A stretch of 64,000 nt of DNA from Candidatus Nosocomiicoccus stercorigallinarum (GCA_019119225.1 DWXM01000017.1:22165-86164); one strand, 5' to 3'; numbered from the stretch's first letter, positions 21,071 through 32,537 are shown. Notes: a model not told the origin generated them from the sequence alone. Translations and numbers: made by a program.

Positions 21071-21755
21071 TAGAATTCAAACAATATTTAATACAATTTC
21101 AAAAGATTATGACCAAATGAATGACATCATTAGTTTTAAACAACACGATATTTGGCGTAAAAAGACGATGGCTGAAATTTTTTTACATGATGATGATCGT
21201 GTATTAGATTTATGTTGTGGTACTGGAGACTGGACGATTCAGCTTGCAGAAGTAAACAAAAATGTAGATGTTACTGGCCTTGATTTTAGTGAGAACATGT
21301 TAGCAGTCGCTAAAGATAAAGTAGCACACTTTGAAAATATAAAACTCATACAAGGTGATGCGATGGAGTTACCTTTTGACGATAATAGTTTCGACCTAAT
21401 TACAATTGGCTTCGGATTAAGAAATTTGCCGAATTACAAGCAAGCACTCATTGAAGTATTTAGAGTGCTAAAACCAGGTGGCCAATTTGTTATATTAGAA
21501 ACATCAAATCCAAACAATAAAGTGATTGCAAAGCTGTTTAATATATACTTTGGTAAAATAATGCCATTATTCGGTCAATTATTTGCTAAAAGCGGTGAAG
21601 AATATAAATGGTTGTATGAATCGACAAGAGATTTTTTATCAAAAGAAGAATTAAAAGATTTAATGAGCACAACTGGATTCATAAACATAAAAATTGTCCC
21701 TCATAACATGGGTATGGCTGCAACCCATTTTGCACATAAGCCACTAAATGACTAA
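21060..21755 (+). CDS. menG: Demethylmenaquinone methyltransferase
   Basis: YDQMNDIISF, LDLCCGTGD, FGLRN. Confidence 0.95.
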   Translation: MKDNRIQTIFNTISKDYDQMNDIISFKQHDIWRKKTMAEIFLHDDDRVLDLCCGTGDWTIQLAEVNKNVDVTGLDFSENMLAVAKDKVAHFENIKLIQGDAMELPFDDNSFDLITIGFGLRNLPNYKQALIEVFRVLKPGGQFVILETSNPNNKVIAKLFNIYFGKIMPLFGQLFAKSGEEYKWLYESTRDFLSKEELKDLMSTTGFINIKIVPHNMGMAATHFAHKPLND

Positions 21756-22704
21756 ACCATTTAGAACTTATATTAAGCCTGATCTTAAACAAATTGATAA
21801 TTACATTAGATCAAGTTTACAATCTGGAAAATCCATTGTGAATGATGAAAGCTTCAATTTGTATGTCACAGGCGGTAAAAAATTAAGACCATCTTTAGCA
21901 CTTCTCGTTGGTAAATTAGGGGACAAAAATAAATACGATGATTTAATTAAAACTGCAGCAAGTTTAGAACTTATTCACATGGCAAGTTTAGTTCATGATG
22001 ATATTATTGATGATTCAAAAACGAGAAGAAAGCATAAAACAACTTATTATAAGCATGGCTACTTTCAAGCTATAAATACAGGAAATTATTTATTATCTAG
22101 TGCAATTGAAGCAGTCGCTCATATTGAACATCAGGATTTTCACGATGCATATGCTGAAGCAATGAAAAAAATTGTAGAAGGCGAACTGTTTCAGTTTGAT
22201 ACTCAATTTGACGATACTCAAACAATCGATGACTATTATAGAAAAATCTATAAAAAAACAGCATTGTTAATCGTCTTAAGTATTAAGCTTGGTGCATATG
22301 CAACAAACGTTGATGAGGAATTATTAGAAAAACTTATACAGTACGGTTATAACATCGGGATGAGCTTCCAAATCTTAGATGATTGTTTAGACTTTACAGC
22401 GAGTGAGAAAGTACTTGGTAAACCGAATTTTTCTGACCTAAAAAATGGACACTATACTTTACCAGTACTTTTATTAAGAGATGAAGATCCTAATTTTAGA
22501 TCTATGCTTAAAGAATATAGTTATACTCGTAAAAATAGTGAAGAACTATCTAAATACTTACTAAAAACAAATGCAATCAGTCAATCAAAGAAAGTAAGTA
22601 GTAGGTATTTAGATGAAGCACTTCAAAATATAGAAGGCATTCCATCACCAGTCAAAGATTACTTAGCTGAAGTAGTTGAAAAACTAAGAGATAGATTAAA
22701 TTAA
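21748..22704 (+). CDS. hepT: Polyprenyl diphosphate synthase large subunit
   Basis: GGKKLRP, HMASLVHDDIID, FQILDDCLD. Confidence 0.92.
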   Translation: MTKPFRTYIKPDLKQIDNYIRSSLQSGKSIVNDESFNLYVTGGKKLRPSLALLVGKLGDKNKYDDLIKTAASLELIHMASLVHDDIIDDSKTRRKHKTTYYKHGYFQAINTGNYLLSSAIEAVAHIEHQDFHDAYAEAMKKIVEGELFQFDTQFDDTQTIDDYYRKIYKKTALLIVLSIKLGAYATNVDEELLEKLIQYGYNIGMSFQILDDCLDFTASEKVLGKPNFSDLKNGHYTLPVLLLRDEDPNFRSMLKEYSYTRKNSEELSKYLLKTNAISQSKKVSSRYLDEALQNIEGIPSPVKDYLAEVVEKLRDRLN

Positions 22705-22760
22705 TGTGACAATTATCATTGATAAATGCTATTATATATACAGATTACTTAAAGGAGATT

Positions 22761-23213
22761 ATGTCAATGGAAAGAACATTTTTAATGATTAAACCAGACG
22801 GTGTTCAAAGAAACCTTATCGGTCAAATTGTTGAACGCTTAGAAAACAAAGGGTTCAAAATTGTAGGTGCTAAATTAATGCAAGTATCTGATGATCTTGC
22901 TAAAACACACTACGGAGAACACAGTGAGAAACCATTTTTCGGTGAACTAGTAGATTTCATCACATCTGGACCAGTATTTGCAATGGTTCTTGAAGGTGAA
23001 AACATCATTAGCACTGCACGTTTAGTTGTAGGTGCTACAAATCCTCAAGAAGCTAACCCAGGTACAATCCGCGGTGACTTTGGTTTAACAGTAGGTAAAA
23101 ATATTATTCACGGTTCAGATTCACCTGAAAGTGCTGAACGTGAAATCAATCTTTTCTTTGATGAATCAGAGCTTATCGACTATAGCTTAATCAATAAAGA
23201 CTGGATTTATTAA
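22761..23213 (+). CDS. ndk: Nucleoside diphosphate kinase
   Basis: [17 protein letters not shown]; ATG 22761 after AAAGGAG. Confidence 0.97.
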   Translation: MSMERTFLMIKPDGVQRNLIGQIVERLENKGFKIVGAKLMQVSDDLAKTHYGEHSEKPFFGELVDFITSGPVFAMVLEGENIISTARLVVGATNPQEANPGTIRGDFGLTVGKNIIHGSDSPESAEREINLFFDESELIDYSLINKDWIY

Positions 23214-23217
23214 TCTT

Positions 23218-23254
23218 AAAAAAGGCTGAGTATAACTACTCAGCTTTTTATTTT
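23218..23254 (+). terminator. Intrinsic terminator after ndk
   Basis: GGCTGAGT-ataact-ACTCAGCT followed by T-run. Confidence 0.8.
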
Positions 23255-23276
23255 ATATAAATAAGAGGTGTAGTAA

Positions 23277-24443
23277 ATGAGATTTTTAACAGCAGGTGAA
23301 TCTCATGGTAAAAAAGTTACGGCAATTGTCGAAGGGTTTCCTTCAAATGTACCAATCGACAAAAATCGTATGACAAAGGAATTATTTATGCGTCAAGGTG
23401 GTTATGGTAGAGGTAGACGCATGCAAATAGAAAAAGATACATTTGAATTTGGAAGTGGCGTAAGACATGGTTATACATTAGGTAGCCCAATTCAAATGGA
23501 AGTAAATAACGATGACTTTAAGCAGTGGGTTAATGTCATGCAATCCGAACCGATTACTGACGAAGAAATTAAAAAAATGCGTCGAGTGATTAAACAACCT
23601 AGGCCAGGCCATGCAGATTTAGTTGGTGGAATGAAGTATAACCACCGTGATTTAAGAAATATCCTAGAGCGTTCTTCAGCTCGAGAAACTACGGCACGTG
23701 TGCTCGTCGGTGCACTATGTAAAGAGTTACTCCATGCACTAAACATTAATATGACAAGTCGAGTGACTCAAATTGGTAACGTCATCGATGACGGTAAGTA
23801 TACGTATAAAGATATTTCGACACAAAAAGAACAGTCTTCTGTTCGCATGGTGTCTAAAGAGAAAACAGAACAAGCCGAAAAACTCATCGATGAAACTAAA
23901 GCTTCTGGAGATACGTTAGGTGGTATTGTAGAAGTTATTGTTGAAAATCCCATTATTGGACTTGGCTCTCATGTCCATTATGACAAGAAACTCGATGCTA
24001 AAATTGCACAATCAATTGTAAGTATAAATGCATTTAAAGGTGTCGAGTTTGGAATGGGCTTTAAAATGGCAAGTCAAAACGGAAGTAATGTACATGACGA
24101 AATCCTTTATAATAACGACGAAGGATTTATTCGCAAAACGAATAATTTAGGTGGCTTTGAAGGCGGTATGACAACTGGTATGCCAATCGTCGTACGCGGT
24201 GTTATGAAGCCAATTCCTACGTTATATAAGCCGTTAATGAGTGTCAATATAGATACGAAAGAGCCATTTAAAGCAACGATTGAGCGAAGTGATCCGACAG
24301 CAGTTCCTGCTGCTAGTATTGTTGCAGAGCATATGGTTGCAATTGAAATTACTAAAGCAATATTAGAAAAATTCGGTAGCGATGATTTTTCAGATTTAAA
24401 ACGTAATATTGAGAACTATAATAAGCGCTTAGAGGAATATTAA
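23277..24443 (+). CDS. aroC: Chorismate synthase
   Basis: [28 protein letters not shown]. Confidence 0.97.
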   Translation: MRFLTAGESHGKKVTAIVEGFPSNVPIDKNRMTKELFMRQGGYGRGRRMQIEKDTFEFGSGVRHGYTLGSPIQMEVNNDDFKQWVNVMQSEPITDEEIKKMRRVIKQPRPGHADLVGGMKYNHRDLRNILERSSARETTARVLVGALCKELLHALNINMTSRVTQIGNVIDDGKYTYKDISTQKEQSSVRMVSKEKTEQAEKLIDETKASGDTLGGIVEVIVENPIIGLGSHVHYDKKLDAKIAQSIVSINAFKGVEFGMGFKMASQNGSNVHDEILYNNDEGFIRKTNNLGGFEGGMTTGMPIVVRGVMKPIPTLYKPLMSVNIDTKEPFKATIERSDPTAVPAASIVAEHMVAIEITKAILEKFGSDDFSDLKRNIENYNKRLEEY

Positions 24444-25486
24444 TGGATATTAAAACAGACTATAATTCAAATAATTATACGATACATGTCGGTCATTCAA
24501 TTTTTGAAACATATATTAATCATTATACTTCAAAATATAATGATGTATTTTACTTAATTGATGAATATGTTTTTGATTTATATAAAGAAAAGTTCATATC
24601 ATTTGAAAATGTTATAAAAGTACCTCAAGGTGAATCGTTTAAAGATATTCATCACGTTATGGATACGATTGATTTACTTTTAAAAAATGAAATTAAAAGA
24701 AATAGTTTAATCGTCGTAATTGGTGGAGGTGCAACTGGAGATGCAGGTGCATTTTTATCGAGTATTTTACTTAGAGGAATAGATTATATTCACGTACCAA
24801 CAACTTTGCTTAGTCATGACTCTTCAGTAGGCGGTAAAACTGCGATTAACCGTCCGTCAGGTAAAAATTTAGTCGGTACGTTTTATAGACCTAAAGGTGT
24901 CATTTATGATTTAAACTTCTTACAGACGTTAAATAGTGAAGAATTGTTAAGTGGCTTTGGAGAAGTTGTGAAACACGCAATGTTAAATAATAAAAATACA
25001 GTAAATCATTTAACTGAAGTAACAAAAGATAGAATTAATTTAAAAGAATTAGAACCATTTATTATCTCCGGTATAAAAACTAAAATGTATTATGTGACTG
25101 TCGATGAAACTGAATCTAACTTAAGACGTTCACTCAATCTCGGACATACGTTAGGGCATGCTTTAGAATATGAATATAAACTTAAACATGGTCATGCAAT
25201 AATTTTAGGTCTATTATTTACGCTATTTTTATCAAACAAAATATTGGATAGTCAATTTGATTTAAATTACTATAAAAAGTACTTTAAAAAAATTGGGTAT
25301 AACATATCATATCTATATAATTTAGCCGAAGACAATCTGATTGATTTAATGTCTATAGATAAGAAAAACAGTGTATCTAATATGATAAACTTCGTTTTAC
25401 TGGAAGACTACGGAACACCTGTATTTAAAGGTATTGAAAAGAACGCATTAAAGAAATATTTAAAAGAATTTCAGGAGATAATATGA
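24443..25486 (+). CDS. aroB: 3-dehydroquinate synthase
   Basis: GGGATGD, DSSVGGKT, LNLGHTLGHA. Confidence 0.95.
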   Translation: MDIKTDYNSNNYTIHVGHSIFETYINHYTSKYNDVFYLIDEYVFDLYKEKFISFENVIKVPQGESFKDIHHVMDTIDLLLKNEIKRNSLIVVIGGGATGDAGAFLSSILLRGIDYIHVPTTLLSHDSSVGGKTAINRPSGKNLVGTFYRPKGVIYDLNFLQTLNSEELLSGFGEVVKHAMLNNKNTVNHLTEVTKDRINLKELEPFIISGIKTKMYYVTVDETESNLRRSLNLGHTLGHALEYEYKLKHGHAIILGLLFTLFLSNKILDSQFDLNYYKKYFKKIGYNISYLYNLAEDNLIDLMSIDKKNSVSNMINFVLLEDYGTPVFKGIEKNALKKYLKEFQEII

Positions 25487-26778
25487 CAAATGAAATTAAA
25501 AAGACTTTTAAAGGAACATTAGAAGTTCCTGGAGACAAGTCAATCACACACCGAGCGGTGATGATCGGAAGTTTAAGCACTGGTACAACAACAATTTATA
25601 AGCCCTTAATTAGTGACGATATTTTAAGAACGATTCAATGTATGAAAGAACTCGGTGCACATATTCATATCGAGGATGAAAGGATCGTTATTGAAAGTGG
25701 CGGTTTGTTGTCTCTAAATTCCCCAAAAGAAGCTCTTTATACAGGAAATAGTGGTACAACAACTCGTTTACTCACTGGACTTATTGCAGGACTTAAGTTA
25801 AATGCTGAAATTAAAGGCGATTCTACAATTCAAAAGAGACCGATGAATCGTATAAAAATTCCATTAGAAGAAATGGGAGCAAATATAAGCTTAATTAACA
25901 ATGAATATCCACCAATTAAAATACAAAAAAGCGAGTTAACAGGCATTACATATGAAATGCCTGTTGCGAGCGCACAAGTTAAAAGTGCGATTATATTCGC
26001 TGCACTCGGTGCTAAAGGTGAAACAAAAATTATAGAAAAAAATATTTCTAGAAACCATACAGAGTTAATGTTAGCTGATTTTGGTGCCAATATAAGAGTC
26101 GATAATAATATAATTACAGTAAAAAGAACAGATTATTTAAATGCCCAAGAAGTTAGAGTACCTGGAGACATTTCAAGTGCTGCATTTTTAATGGTACTTG
26201 CTGCTATTATTCCAGGTAGTGATATTACAATTAGAAACGTATCGTTAAACGAAACAAGAAACGGTATTATTACAATTTTTAAAATGATTGATGCCAATAT
26301 GACAGTAACTGTTAAAAATAATGATGGCGAACCATACGGTGATATACGAGTAAAGTATAAAAACAATCTAAAACCGTTTATTATTAACGAAACACTTATC
26401 CCTAAACTCATCGATGAGATTCCTATCTTGACGGTTCTTGGACTATTTTTAAATGGTAAAAGTACTATTAAAGATGCTGAAGAATTACGTGTTAAAGAAA
26501 CAGACCGAATTGTAGCTGTAACGAATGAGTTAAAGAAATTTAATGCATCTTTCAATATTTTTGACGATGGATATGAAATTATACCGACGAACGATTTAAC
26601 TCAATCTATTGAACAACTAAAAAGCTATAGCGATCATAGAATCATCATGATGCTAATCATTATGACGATAAAAATGAATCAAGAATTAAATATCGATGAC
26701 ATATCACATTTAAACGTTTCATATCCGAATATTTTAGATGACATCGATTCAATCACAAAAGAGGTGGACTATGAGTAA
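25483..26778 (+). CDS. aroA: EPSP synthase
   Basis: PGDKSITHR, GNSGTT, SAQVKSA, KETDRI. Confidence 0.96.
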   Translation: MTNEIKKTFKGTLEVPGDKSITHRAVMIGSLSTGTTTIYKPLISDDILRTIQCMKELGAHIHIEDERIVIESGGLLSLNSPKEALYTGNSGTTTRLLTGLIAGLKLNAEIKGDSTIQKRPMNRIKIPLEEMGANISLINNEYPPIKIQKSELTGITYEMPVASAQVKSAIIFAALGAKGETKIIEKNISRNHTELMLADFGANIRVDNNIITVKRTDYLNAQEVRVPGDISSAAFLMVLAAIIPGSDITIRNVSLNETRNGIITIFKMIDANMTVTVKNNDGEPYGDIRVKYKNNLKPFIINETLIPKLIDEIPILTVLGLFLNGKSTIKDAEELRVKETDRIVAVTNELKKFNASFNIFDDGYEIIPTNDLTQSIEQLKSYSDHRIIMMLIIMTIKMNQELNIDDISHLNVSYPNILDDIDSITKEVDYE

Positions 26779-28036
26779 CACTATTGAAAAGGCAATTGAT
26801 AAAATACGTGCAGGTAATTATGATAGCCAATCTATTGAAAATGTCTTAGAAAATTTAACGAAATATAACGAAGAAGATGAAGAGCTACTATTTGTCCTTG
26901 GTGATTTGTTAGATTCAATTGGAGAAAAAGATGCTGCGTTAAAAATATTTAACCATCTATATAATACAAATAATTACGATGACAACCTACTTGCATATTT
27001 AATCGACATTCATATCACTAATGGAAATATTGACGATGCGTTACTTTTATTAAATGAAGCAAAAGAAACACCGACATCTTTACTATTAAAAGCTGAAGTG
27101 TTTCAACAGATGCATTTAAATGATGTCGCTCTTAAAAATCTTTTAAAAGCAAAAAAATTAACCGACGATATCGTCATAGACTTTGCGATTGCAGAGCTAT
27201 ACTTCTATGAAGGTAACTTACTCGAAGCAACGTATTATTATAAAAATGTCTTAAAAGAACTTGACTCGGTCAATAATATTAATGTGAATTTACGACTCGC
27301 AAATATTTATACGAATTTAATGGAATCAGAGACTGCATTAAAATTCTTCAACGAAGTAGATTCTAGTGAATTTGAGAACGAAGATTATTTCTCAAAAGGG
27401 CTCGTTCATTTCCAACTAGAACAATATAAAGAAGCAGAAAAGATGTTAATGACAGTTATCGAAAATGAACCTTATTTTATAAACGCATATATTTTACTCA
27501 TGAAAATTAAAGAAAAAGAGTATGCGTTTACTGAAGCTATTCAATACCTTAAAGATTACAGTGTCCTCGATGATTTAAATCCTTTAATTTATTATCACAT
27601 CGGTCGATTGAATTTAAAATTAGGTCAAGTTGAGGATGCAAAAGAATATTTTAGTAAAGCAACGCATTTAGATTCTGAATATGAGGACGCATTACTTATG
27701 CTATTTGAAAGTATATTAGAGTCTGATACGACTGAAGAAATTGATCAGTATACAAAACATTTAGATGTCAAGGAAATGTCACCTGACGCACTTCACTTAC
27801 TCGGTACAATTGAAGCAAGAAATGAAAATGATGAAAAAGCAAAGTTATACTACGGTGAAGCTGAAAAATTTTTAAAAGATAACACTGAATTTTTATCTGA
27901 CTATTATTATTACTTAACTGAAATTCGAGATGATAAACGAGTCGACGTTCTAAATAAGTTAATTAAACTTGAACCAAATAATTCTGACTGGCAACTAGAG
28001 CTAGAATATATTAGAGGTGAGGAGGATGGTTTCTAA
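26771..28036 (+). CDS. TPR-repeat protein (YpiA-like)
   Basis: TPR-like helical repeats; position after aroA. Confidence 0.8.
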   Translation: MSNTIEKAIDKIRAGNYDSQSIENVLENLTKYNEEDEELLFVLGDLLDSIGEKDAALKIFNHLYNTNNYDDNLLAYLIDIHITNGNIDDALLLLNEAKETPTSLLLKAEVFQQMHLNDVALKNLLKAKKLTDDIVIDFAIAELYFYEGNLLEATYYYKNVLKELDSVNNINVNLRLANIYTNLMESETALKFFNEVDSSEFENEDYFSKGLVHFQLEQYKEAEKMLMTVIENEPYFINAYILLMKIKEKEYAFTEAIQYLKDYSVLDDLNPLIYYHIGRLNLKLGQVEDAKEYFSKATHLDSEYEDALLMLFESILESDTTEEIDQYTKHLDVKEMSPDALHLLGTIEARNENDEKAKLYYGEAEKFLKDNTEFLSDYYYYLTEIRDDKRVDVLNKLIKLEPNNSDWQLELEYIRGEEDGF

Positions 28037-28469
28037 AAGAGATTTTCTCGATTATTTTTTACACAAATATAACCACTTAAATTATCAAGTTGTCTGGATA
28101 TTAAATTTTATAAAATCTGACGACAAGTTATTAAAAAACATTACTTTAATAAATAACGATACAAATATACAATTAGTTATTTCAGAGCGTTACCCTTATG
28201 TCATGCTAAAATTAGACTCTATTGTTATATTGGATAGCGAGGACATTCTTTATATTCTAAACGAATATAAAGATTATCCAATTTTTATAGATTTTCATGT
28301 AAAAGATGATTTAAAATTAAAAGAAGTTAAAATTAATCAAGTATATGAGACGTATTATTTAGAAAAAAATGATTCAATCGATCATCTTATTGATGAGGCA
28401 CTAATTAATAAAGATGAAAAAAAGTTTAATATACTCTCAAAATTAATAAAAAATATAAACGAGGGATAG
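28026..28469 (+). CDS. YpiB/ReoY-like protein with C-terminal IDEAL domain
   Basis: KRDFLDYFL, WILNFI, IDEALINKDEKKF. Confidence 0.75.
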   Translation: MVSKRDFLDYFLHKYNHLNYQVVWILNFIKSDDKLLKNITLINNDTNIQLVISERYPYVMLKLDSIVILDSEDILYILNEYKDYPIFIDFHVKDDLKLKEVKINQVYETYYLEKNDSIDHLIDEALINKDEKKFNILSKLIKNINEG

Positions 28470-28471
28470 TT

Positions 28472-28900
28472 ATGTTATACAACTACCATGATTTATCATT
28501 AATTAAAGATGAAATTGAGTTCGTAGACACAGCAGTTATACCAGTTGTAGATATTGATATTACTGATGATCGCTTAGAGAATTCAAACAATATCGAACTT
28601 ATGCAGCACGTATTATTTTTATTAGAAAAACAGTTAAAGGGTCGACTATTAATTACACCATTATTTTCAGTGATTAATAATGATTCAAAGAGTGTTGTAG
28701 ACTATGGTAATCAATTAAAAGACTTTGGATTTAAACATATCGTAATTTTAACTGTTAATAATAGAGATATTGATGAGTTTGATCAAATTAAATTAAACAG
28801 CATACCTCTAGAAAACTTTGAAGCAGATGTTATGCAGTCACTTGTGAAAGATGAGATGACAAATGTTTTAAAACAAATTATCAAATTCTGGAACCAATAA
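28472..28900 (+). CDS. YpiF-like protein (DUF2487)
   Basis: FVDTAVIP, LEKQLKGRLL, GFKHI. Confidence 0.8.
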   Translation: MLYNYHDLSLIKDEIEFVDTAVIPVVDIDITDDRLENSNNIELMQHVLFLLEKQLKGRLLITPLFSVINNDSKSVVDYGNQLKDFGFKHIVILTVNNRDIDEFDQIKLNSIPLENFEADVMQSLVKDEMTNVLKQIIKFWNQ

Positions 28901-28926
28901 AAATTACTTTATAAAAATAAGAAAAG

Positions 28927-28980
28927 TTTGTCTAAAATATGAAAAGACTTGTTGACCATGCTTATCTAATAGGATAAACT
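28927..28980 (+). promoter_or_regulatory. qcr promoter: TTGACC-17bp-TAAACT with an upstream TTTGTC half-site similar to the res promoter
   Basis: -35 at 28952-28957, -10 at 28975-28980; TTTGTCTAAAATATGA at 28927. Confidence 0.5.
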
Positions 28981-29036
28981 TAATATGTCTTAGTTATTAA
29001 TATAGAAAAGATTGTAAGTTTGAGGGGGGAAATGGA

Positions 29037-29537
29037 ATGTCAAATAAAGTTACTCGACGCCAATTTCTAAACTATTCATTAATGGGTGTCGGTTCTTTTA
29101 TGGCAGCCGGAATGATTCTACCAATGGGTAGATTCGCATTAGATCCATTATTCCAGACTGATGCTGAAGGTGACGAAATCGTTACAAGTGTTAAGGTCAG
29201 TGAAATAACAGAAGAACCTGAGAAGGTTGATTTCACATTTACCCAACAAGATGCTTGGTACGAAAGTGAAGTTACTAACTTTGCATGGGTCTATAAAGAT
29301 GGGGACAAGCTTGTCGGTTTATCGCCTGTATGTAAACACTTAGGTTGTACAGTTACATGGGCTGGAGATGATAATAACCCAGATATGTTCTTCTGTCCTT
29401 GCCATAACGGTCTGTATACTAAAGATGGTAACAACGTACCAGGGACGCCTCCACGTGGACCACTGGATGAGTTCGAGGTTGGAGAAAAAGATGGATATAT
29501 CACAATTGGTAAGAAAAAAGAGAACACGCTTGTTTGA
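29037..29537 (+). CDS. qcrA: Menaquinol-cytochrome c reductase Rieske subunit
   Basis: Tat motif TRRQFL, CKHLGC, CPCH. Confidence 0.96.
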   Translation: MSNKVTRRQFLNYSLMGVGSFMAAGMILPMGRFALDPLFQTDAEGDEIVTSVKVSEITEEPEKVDFTFTQQDAWYESEVTNFAWVYKDGDKLVGLSPVCKHLGCTVTWAGDDNNPDMFFCPCHNGLYTKDGNNVPGTPPRGPLDEFEVGEKDGYITIGKKKENTLV

Positions 29538-29556
29538 GTAAAATAGGAGGGATTTT

Positions 29557-30231
29557 ATGCTAAATCGTATTTACGATTGGATTGATGATAGAATTGATAT
29601 CACTCCGATTTGGAGAGACATCGCTGATCACGAAGTGCCTGAGCACGTTAACCCTGCCTATCACTTCTCAGCATTCGTCTACTGTTTTGGTGGATTAACT
29701 TTCTTCATTACAGTAATTCAAGTTCTATCCGGTATGTTTTTAACAATGTATTACGTACCAGACATCGTTAATGCTTGGAACTCTGTGTATTATCTGCAAA
29801 ACGATGTTGCAGCTGGTATGATTGTACGCGGTATGCACCACTGGGGTGCGAGTTTAGTAGTTGTAATGATGTTCTTACATACACTAAGAGTATTCTTTAC
29901 AGGTGCTTATAAATCTCCACGTGAATTAAACTGGGTAGTAGGAGTATTACTATTCATGGTAATGCTAGGATTAGCATTTACTGGTTACTTACTACCATGG
30001 GATATGAAAGCATTATTCGCAACGAATGTTGGTCTTGATATTGCTGAATCAGTACCATTTATTGGTGAATGGATTAAAACACTACTCGCTGGAGATGCAG
30101 AAATTGTAGGCGCACAGACTCTAACAAGATTCTTTGCGATTCACGTATTCTTCCTACCTGCAGCATTGTTTGTATTAATGGGGATTCACTTTATCTTAAT
30201 ACGTAGACAAGGAATTTCAGGTCCACTATAG
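29557..30231 (+). CDS. qcrB: Menaquinol-cytochrome c reductase cytochrome b subunit
   Basis: HEVPEHVNP, RGMHHWGAS, TGYLLPWD, GISGPL. Confidence 0.97.
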   Translation: MLNRIYDWIDDRIDITPIWRDIADHEVPEHVNPAYHFSAFVYCFGGLTFFITVIQVLSGMFLTMYYVPDIVNAWNSVYYLQNDVAAGMIVRGMHHWGASLVVVMMFLHTLRVFFTGAYKSPRELNWVVGVLLFMVMLGLAFTGYLLPWDMKALFATNVGLDIAESVPFIGEWIKTLLAGDAEIVGAQTLTRFFAIHVFFLPAALFVLMGIHFILIRRQGISGPL

Positions 30232-30260
30232 GATCTAATTTTTAGGGGAGGTAGAAATTA

Positions 30261-31055
30261 ATGAAGCGCGGTAAAGGTCTTAAGTTTGTTGGAGACTCAC
30301 GAATTCAAAGCTATGAAAAACCAAAACTAAATCGCGACTATTCAGAATTCCCTGGTAGAACAGAAGAATTCTACCCAGACTTCTTATTAAAAGAATGGTT
30401 AACTGGTGCGGTATTCTTAGTTGGTTTTCTATGCTTAATCGTTGCTGACCCGGCACCTCTTGAGAGAATGGCTGATGCAACAGATACAGGTTATATTCCA
30501 TTACCTGACTGGTATTTCTTATTCTTATACCAGATTCTTAAGTATTCATATGCATCTGGTCCATTCAACGTAGTAGGTGCAATTATTATTCCTGGTCTAG
30601 CAATGGGGGCATTACTATTAATGCCTTGGTTAGATACTTCAAAACACCGAAACTGGAAAAAACGTCCAGTAGCGGCGAGTTTAATGATTGTTTCAGTAGC
30701 TATTATTTTCTATGCAACATGGGAATCAGTTGCATACCATGACTGGGAACAACAAGCAGAACAAGGTAAAATTGTGTTCTCAAACTTAGATTCTGATGAT
30801 CCAGTATTCAACGAATTAATTCGTACAAACTGTACAAGCTGTCACGGAGGAGAATTAACAGGTGCATCAGGTCCAGACTTAGTAACTCCAGACCTTGATG
30901 AAGGAACTGTTAAAGCTTTCGTAGAAAACGGTACAGAAACAATGCCAGCATTCAAAGATACGCTGACTGAAGATGAGATTGATGAAATTTCTCAATTCAT
31001 TGCTAACCTTGAACTTACAGATAAAAAGAACGCTGACAATACTGGTGAAAAATAA
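30261..31055 (+). CDS. qcrC: Menaquinol-cytochrome c reductase cytochrome b/c subunit
   Basis: PLPDWYFLFLYQ, heme c motif CTSCH. Confidence 0.96.
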   Translation: MKRGKGLKFVGDSRIQSYEKPKLNRDYSEFPGRTEEFYPDFLLKEWLTGAVFLVGFLCLIVADPAPLERMADATDTGYIPLPDWYFLFLYQILKYSYASGPFNVVGAIIIPGLAMGALLLMPWLDTSKHRNWKKRPVAASLMIVSVAIIFYATWESVAYHDWEQQAEQGKIVFSNLDSDDPVFNELIRTNCTSCHGGELTGASGPDLVTPDLDEGTVKAFVENGTETMPAFKDTLTEDEIDEISQFIANLELTDKKNADNTGEK

Positions 31056-31065
31056 TTAAAATTTT

Positions 31066-31099
31066 ACCCTCGATGCAAGACGCATTGGGGGTATTTTTA
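31066..31099 (+). terminator. Intrinsic terminator after qcrC
   Basis: TACCCTCGATGC...GCATTGGGGGTA followed by T-run (G-U pairs). Confidence 0.8.
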
Positions 31100-31110
31100 T
31101 AGGTGACTTT

Positions 31111-31692
31111 ATGACTCAATTATTATACCAATTGATGTATAATCGAATATTTTTAGTAATACTACTCATATCAAATTTTCTTGGTACAATTTACGGTTAT
31201 TATTGGTATCGTGGACAATTATCAGGAACTGAATGGTATTTTTATCCATTTGTTCCAGATAGCCCAACAGCAACTTTATTTTTATGTATTGTAATTGCTT
31301 CAATTCTCTTTAATAAAAAATACGGGTTAATAGATGCTTTAGCGTTTACAACGTTAATTAAATATGGTGTTTGGGCGGTTATTATGAATTTTCTATATTT
31401 CTTTGAATTAAACACGGTAACTCCAATAGGTCTTATGCTAATCATGTCGCATAGTATAATGGCCCTTCAAGCATTTTTATTTTTACCACACTTACAAATT
31501 AAACCATGGCATTTTTATGTTACAGCGCTTTGGTTATTTCATAATGATGTTATCGACTACGTCTATATGCAGTATCCAAAATACGGGTCGTTAGACCGTT
31601 TTAGTGATCATATTGGGTATTTATCATTTTGGTTAACGATAATTGTTTTAGTATTACTTAAAACATTAGTACCAATTAAACGTTTAAATTGA
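31111..31692 (+). CDS. DUF1405 (YpjA-like) membrane protein
   Basis: GTIYGYYWY, FVPDSPTATLF, HNDVIDY. Confidence 0.85.
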   Translation: MTQLLYQLMYNRIFLVILLISNFLGTIYGYYWYRGQLSGTEWYFYPFVPDSPTATLFLCIVIASILFNKKYGLIDALAFTTLIKYGVWAVIMNFLYFFELNTVTPIGLMLIMSHSIMALQAFLFLPHLQIKPWHFYVTALWLFHNDVIDYVYMQYPKYGSLDRFSDHIGYLSFWLTIIVLVLLKTLVPIKRLN

Positions 31693-31746
31693 CTTTAAAT
31701 TGCTTTCTAAAGTATGATGTATATTGAAGAATAGGAGAGTTGTTTT

Positions 31747-32445
31747 ATGTTGATGTATATTATATATTTCGCTATTCTTTTAATCGTACCTTTACTTGCT
31801 CAAATGAACGTAACTTCTACATTTAAAAAATATAGTCGAGTTCGTTCTACAAGTGGGTTAACAGGTAAAGAAGTAGCAGAAATGATTTTAAGAGAAAATG
31901 GTATTTATGACGTTGAAGTGTTACGTGGGAAAGGTCAACTTACAGACCACTATGACCCAAGTAAAAAAGTTGTCGTATTATCACCAGATAACTATGACAA
32001 ACCATCAGTTGCTGGTACAGCAGTTGCGGCACACGAAGTTGGACACGCAATTCAACACGCAACTGGGTATATGTTTTTAAACTTTAGATCAGCGATATTC
32101 CCACTTGCACAATTTGGAAGTAACTTTGCGTTCTTCTTAATTATGGCAGGGATTTTACTCACTGCAGGTATGCAAGCGTCTGGTCCGACACTCGGTACTT
32201 ATTTACTATGGGGTGGAATTGGATTATTCGCATTCTCAGTATTATTCCAAATCGTAACATTACCAGTTGAATTTGATGCTTCAAATCGAGCGATGAAACA
32301 AATTCAGCGATTGAATATTGTAAACGAAAAAGAATACCGTCACGCTAAAAAAGTACTTAGCGCTGCGGCAATGACTTACGTTGCAGCAACAGCAACTGCT
32401 GTAGCTGAACTAGTAAGATTAATTTTAATAGCTAGAAATAACTAA
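31747..32445 (+). CDS. Membrane zinc metallopeptidase (YugP-like)
   Basis: LTDHYDP, AHEVGHAIQH, TLPVEFDAS, AAAMTYVA. Confidence 0.9.
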   Translation: MLMYIIYFAILLIVPLLAQMNVTSTFKKYSRVRSTSGLTGKEVAEMILRENGIYDVEVLRGKGQLTDHYDPSKKVVVLSPDNYDKPSVAGTAVAAHEVGHAIQHATGYMFLNFRSAIFPLAQFGSNFAFFLIMAGILLTAGMQASGPTLGTYLLWGGIGLFAFSVLFQIVTLPVEFDASNRAMKQIQRLNIVNEKEYRHAKKVLSAAAMTYVAATATAVAELVRLILIARNN

Positions 32446-32474
32446 AACTACTCAAATTACTGAGTAGTTTTTTT
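32444..32474 (+). terminator. Intrinsic terminator after the metallopeptidase gene
   Basis: AAAACTACTCA-aattac-TGAGTAGTTTTTT. Confidence 0.85.
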
Positions 32475-32537
32475 ATTTCACAATGTTCAATTTCTTTATT
32501 ATACTTATATGGAATAATATTAAAAAGGAAGATTTAA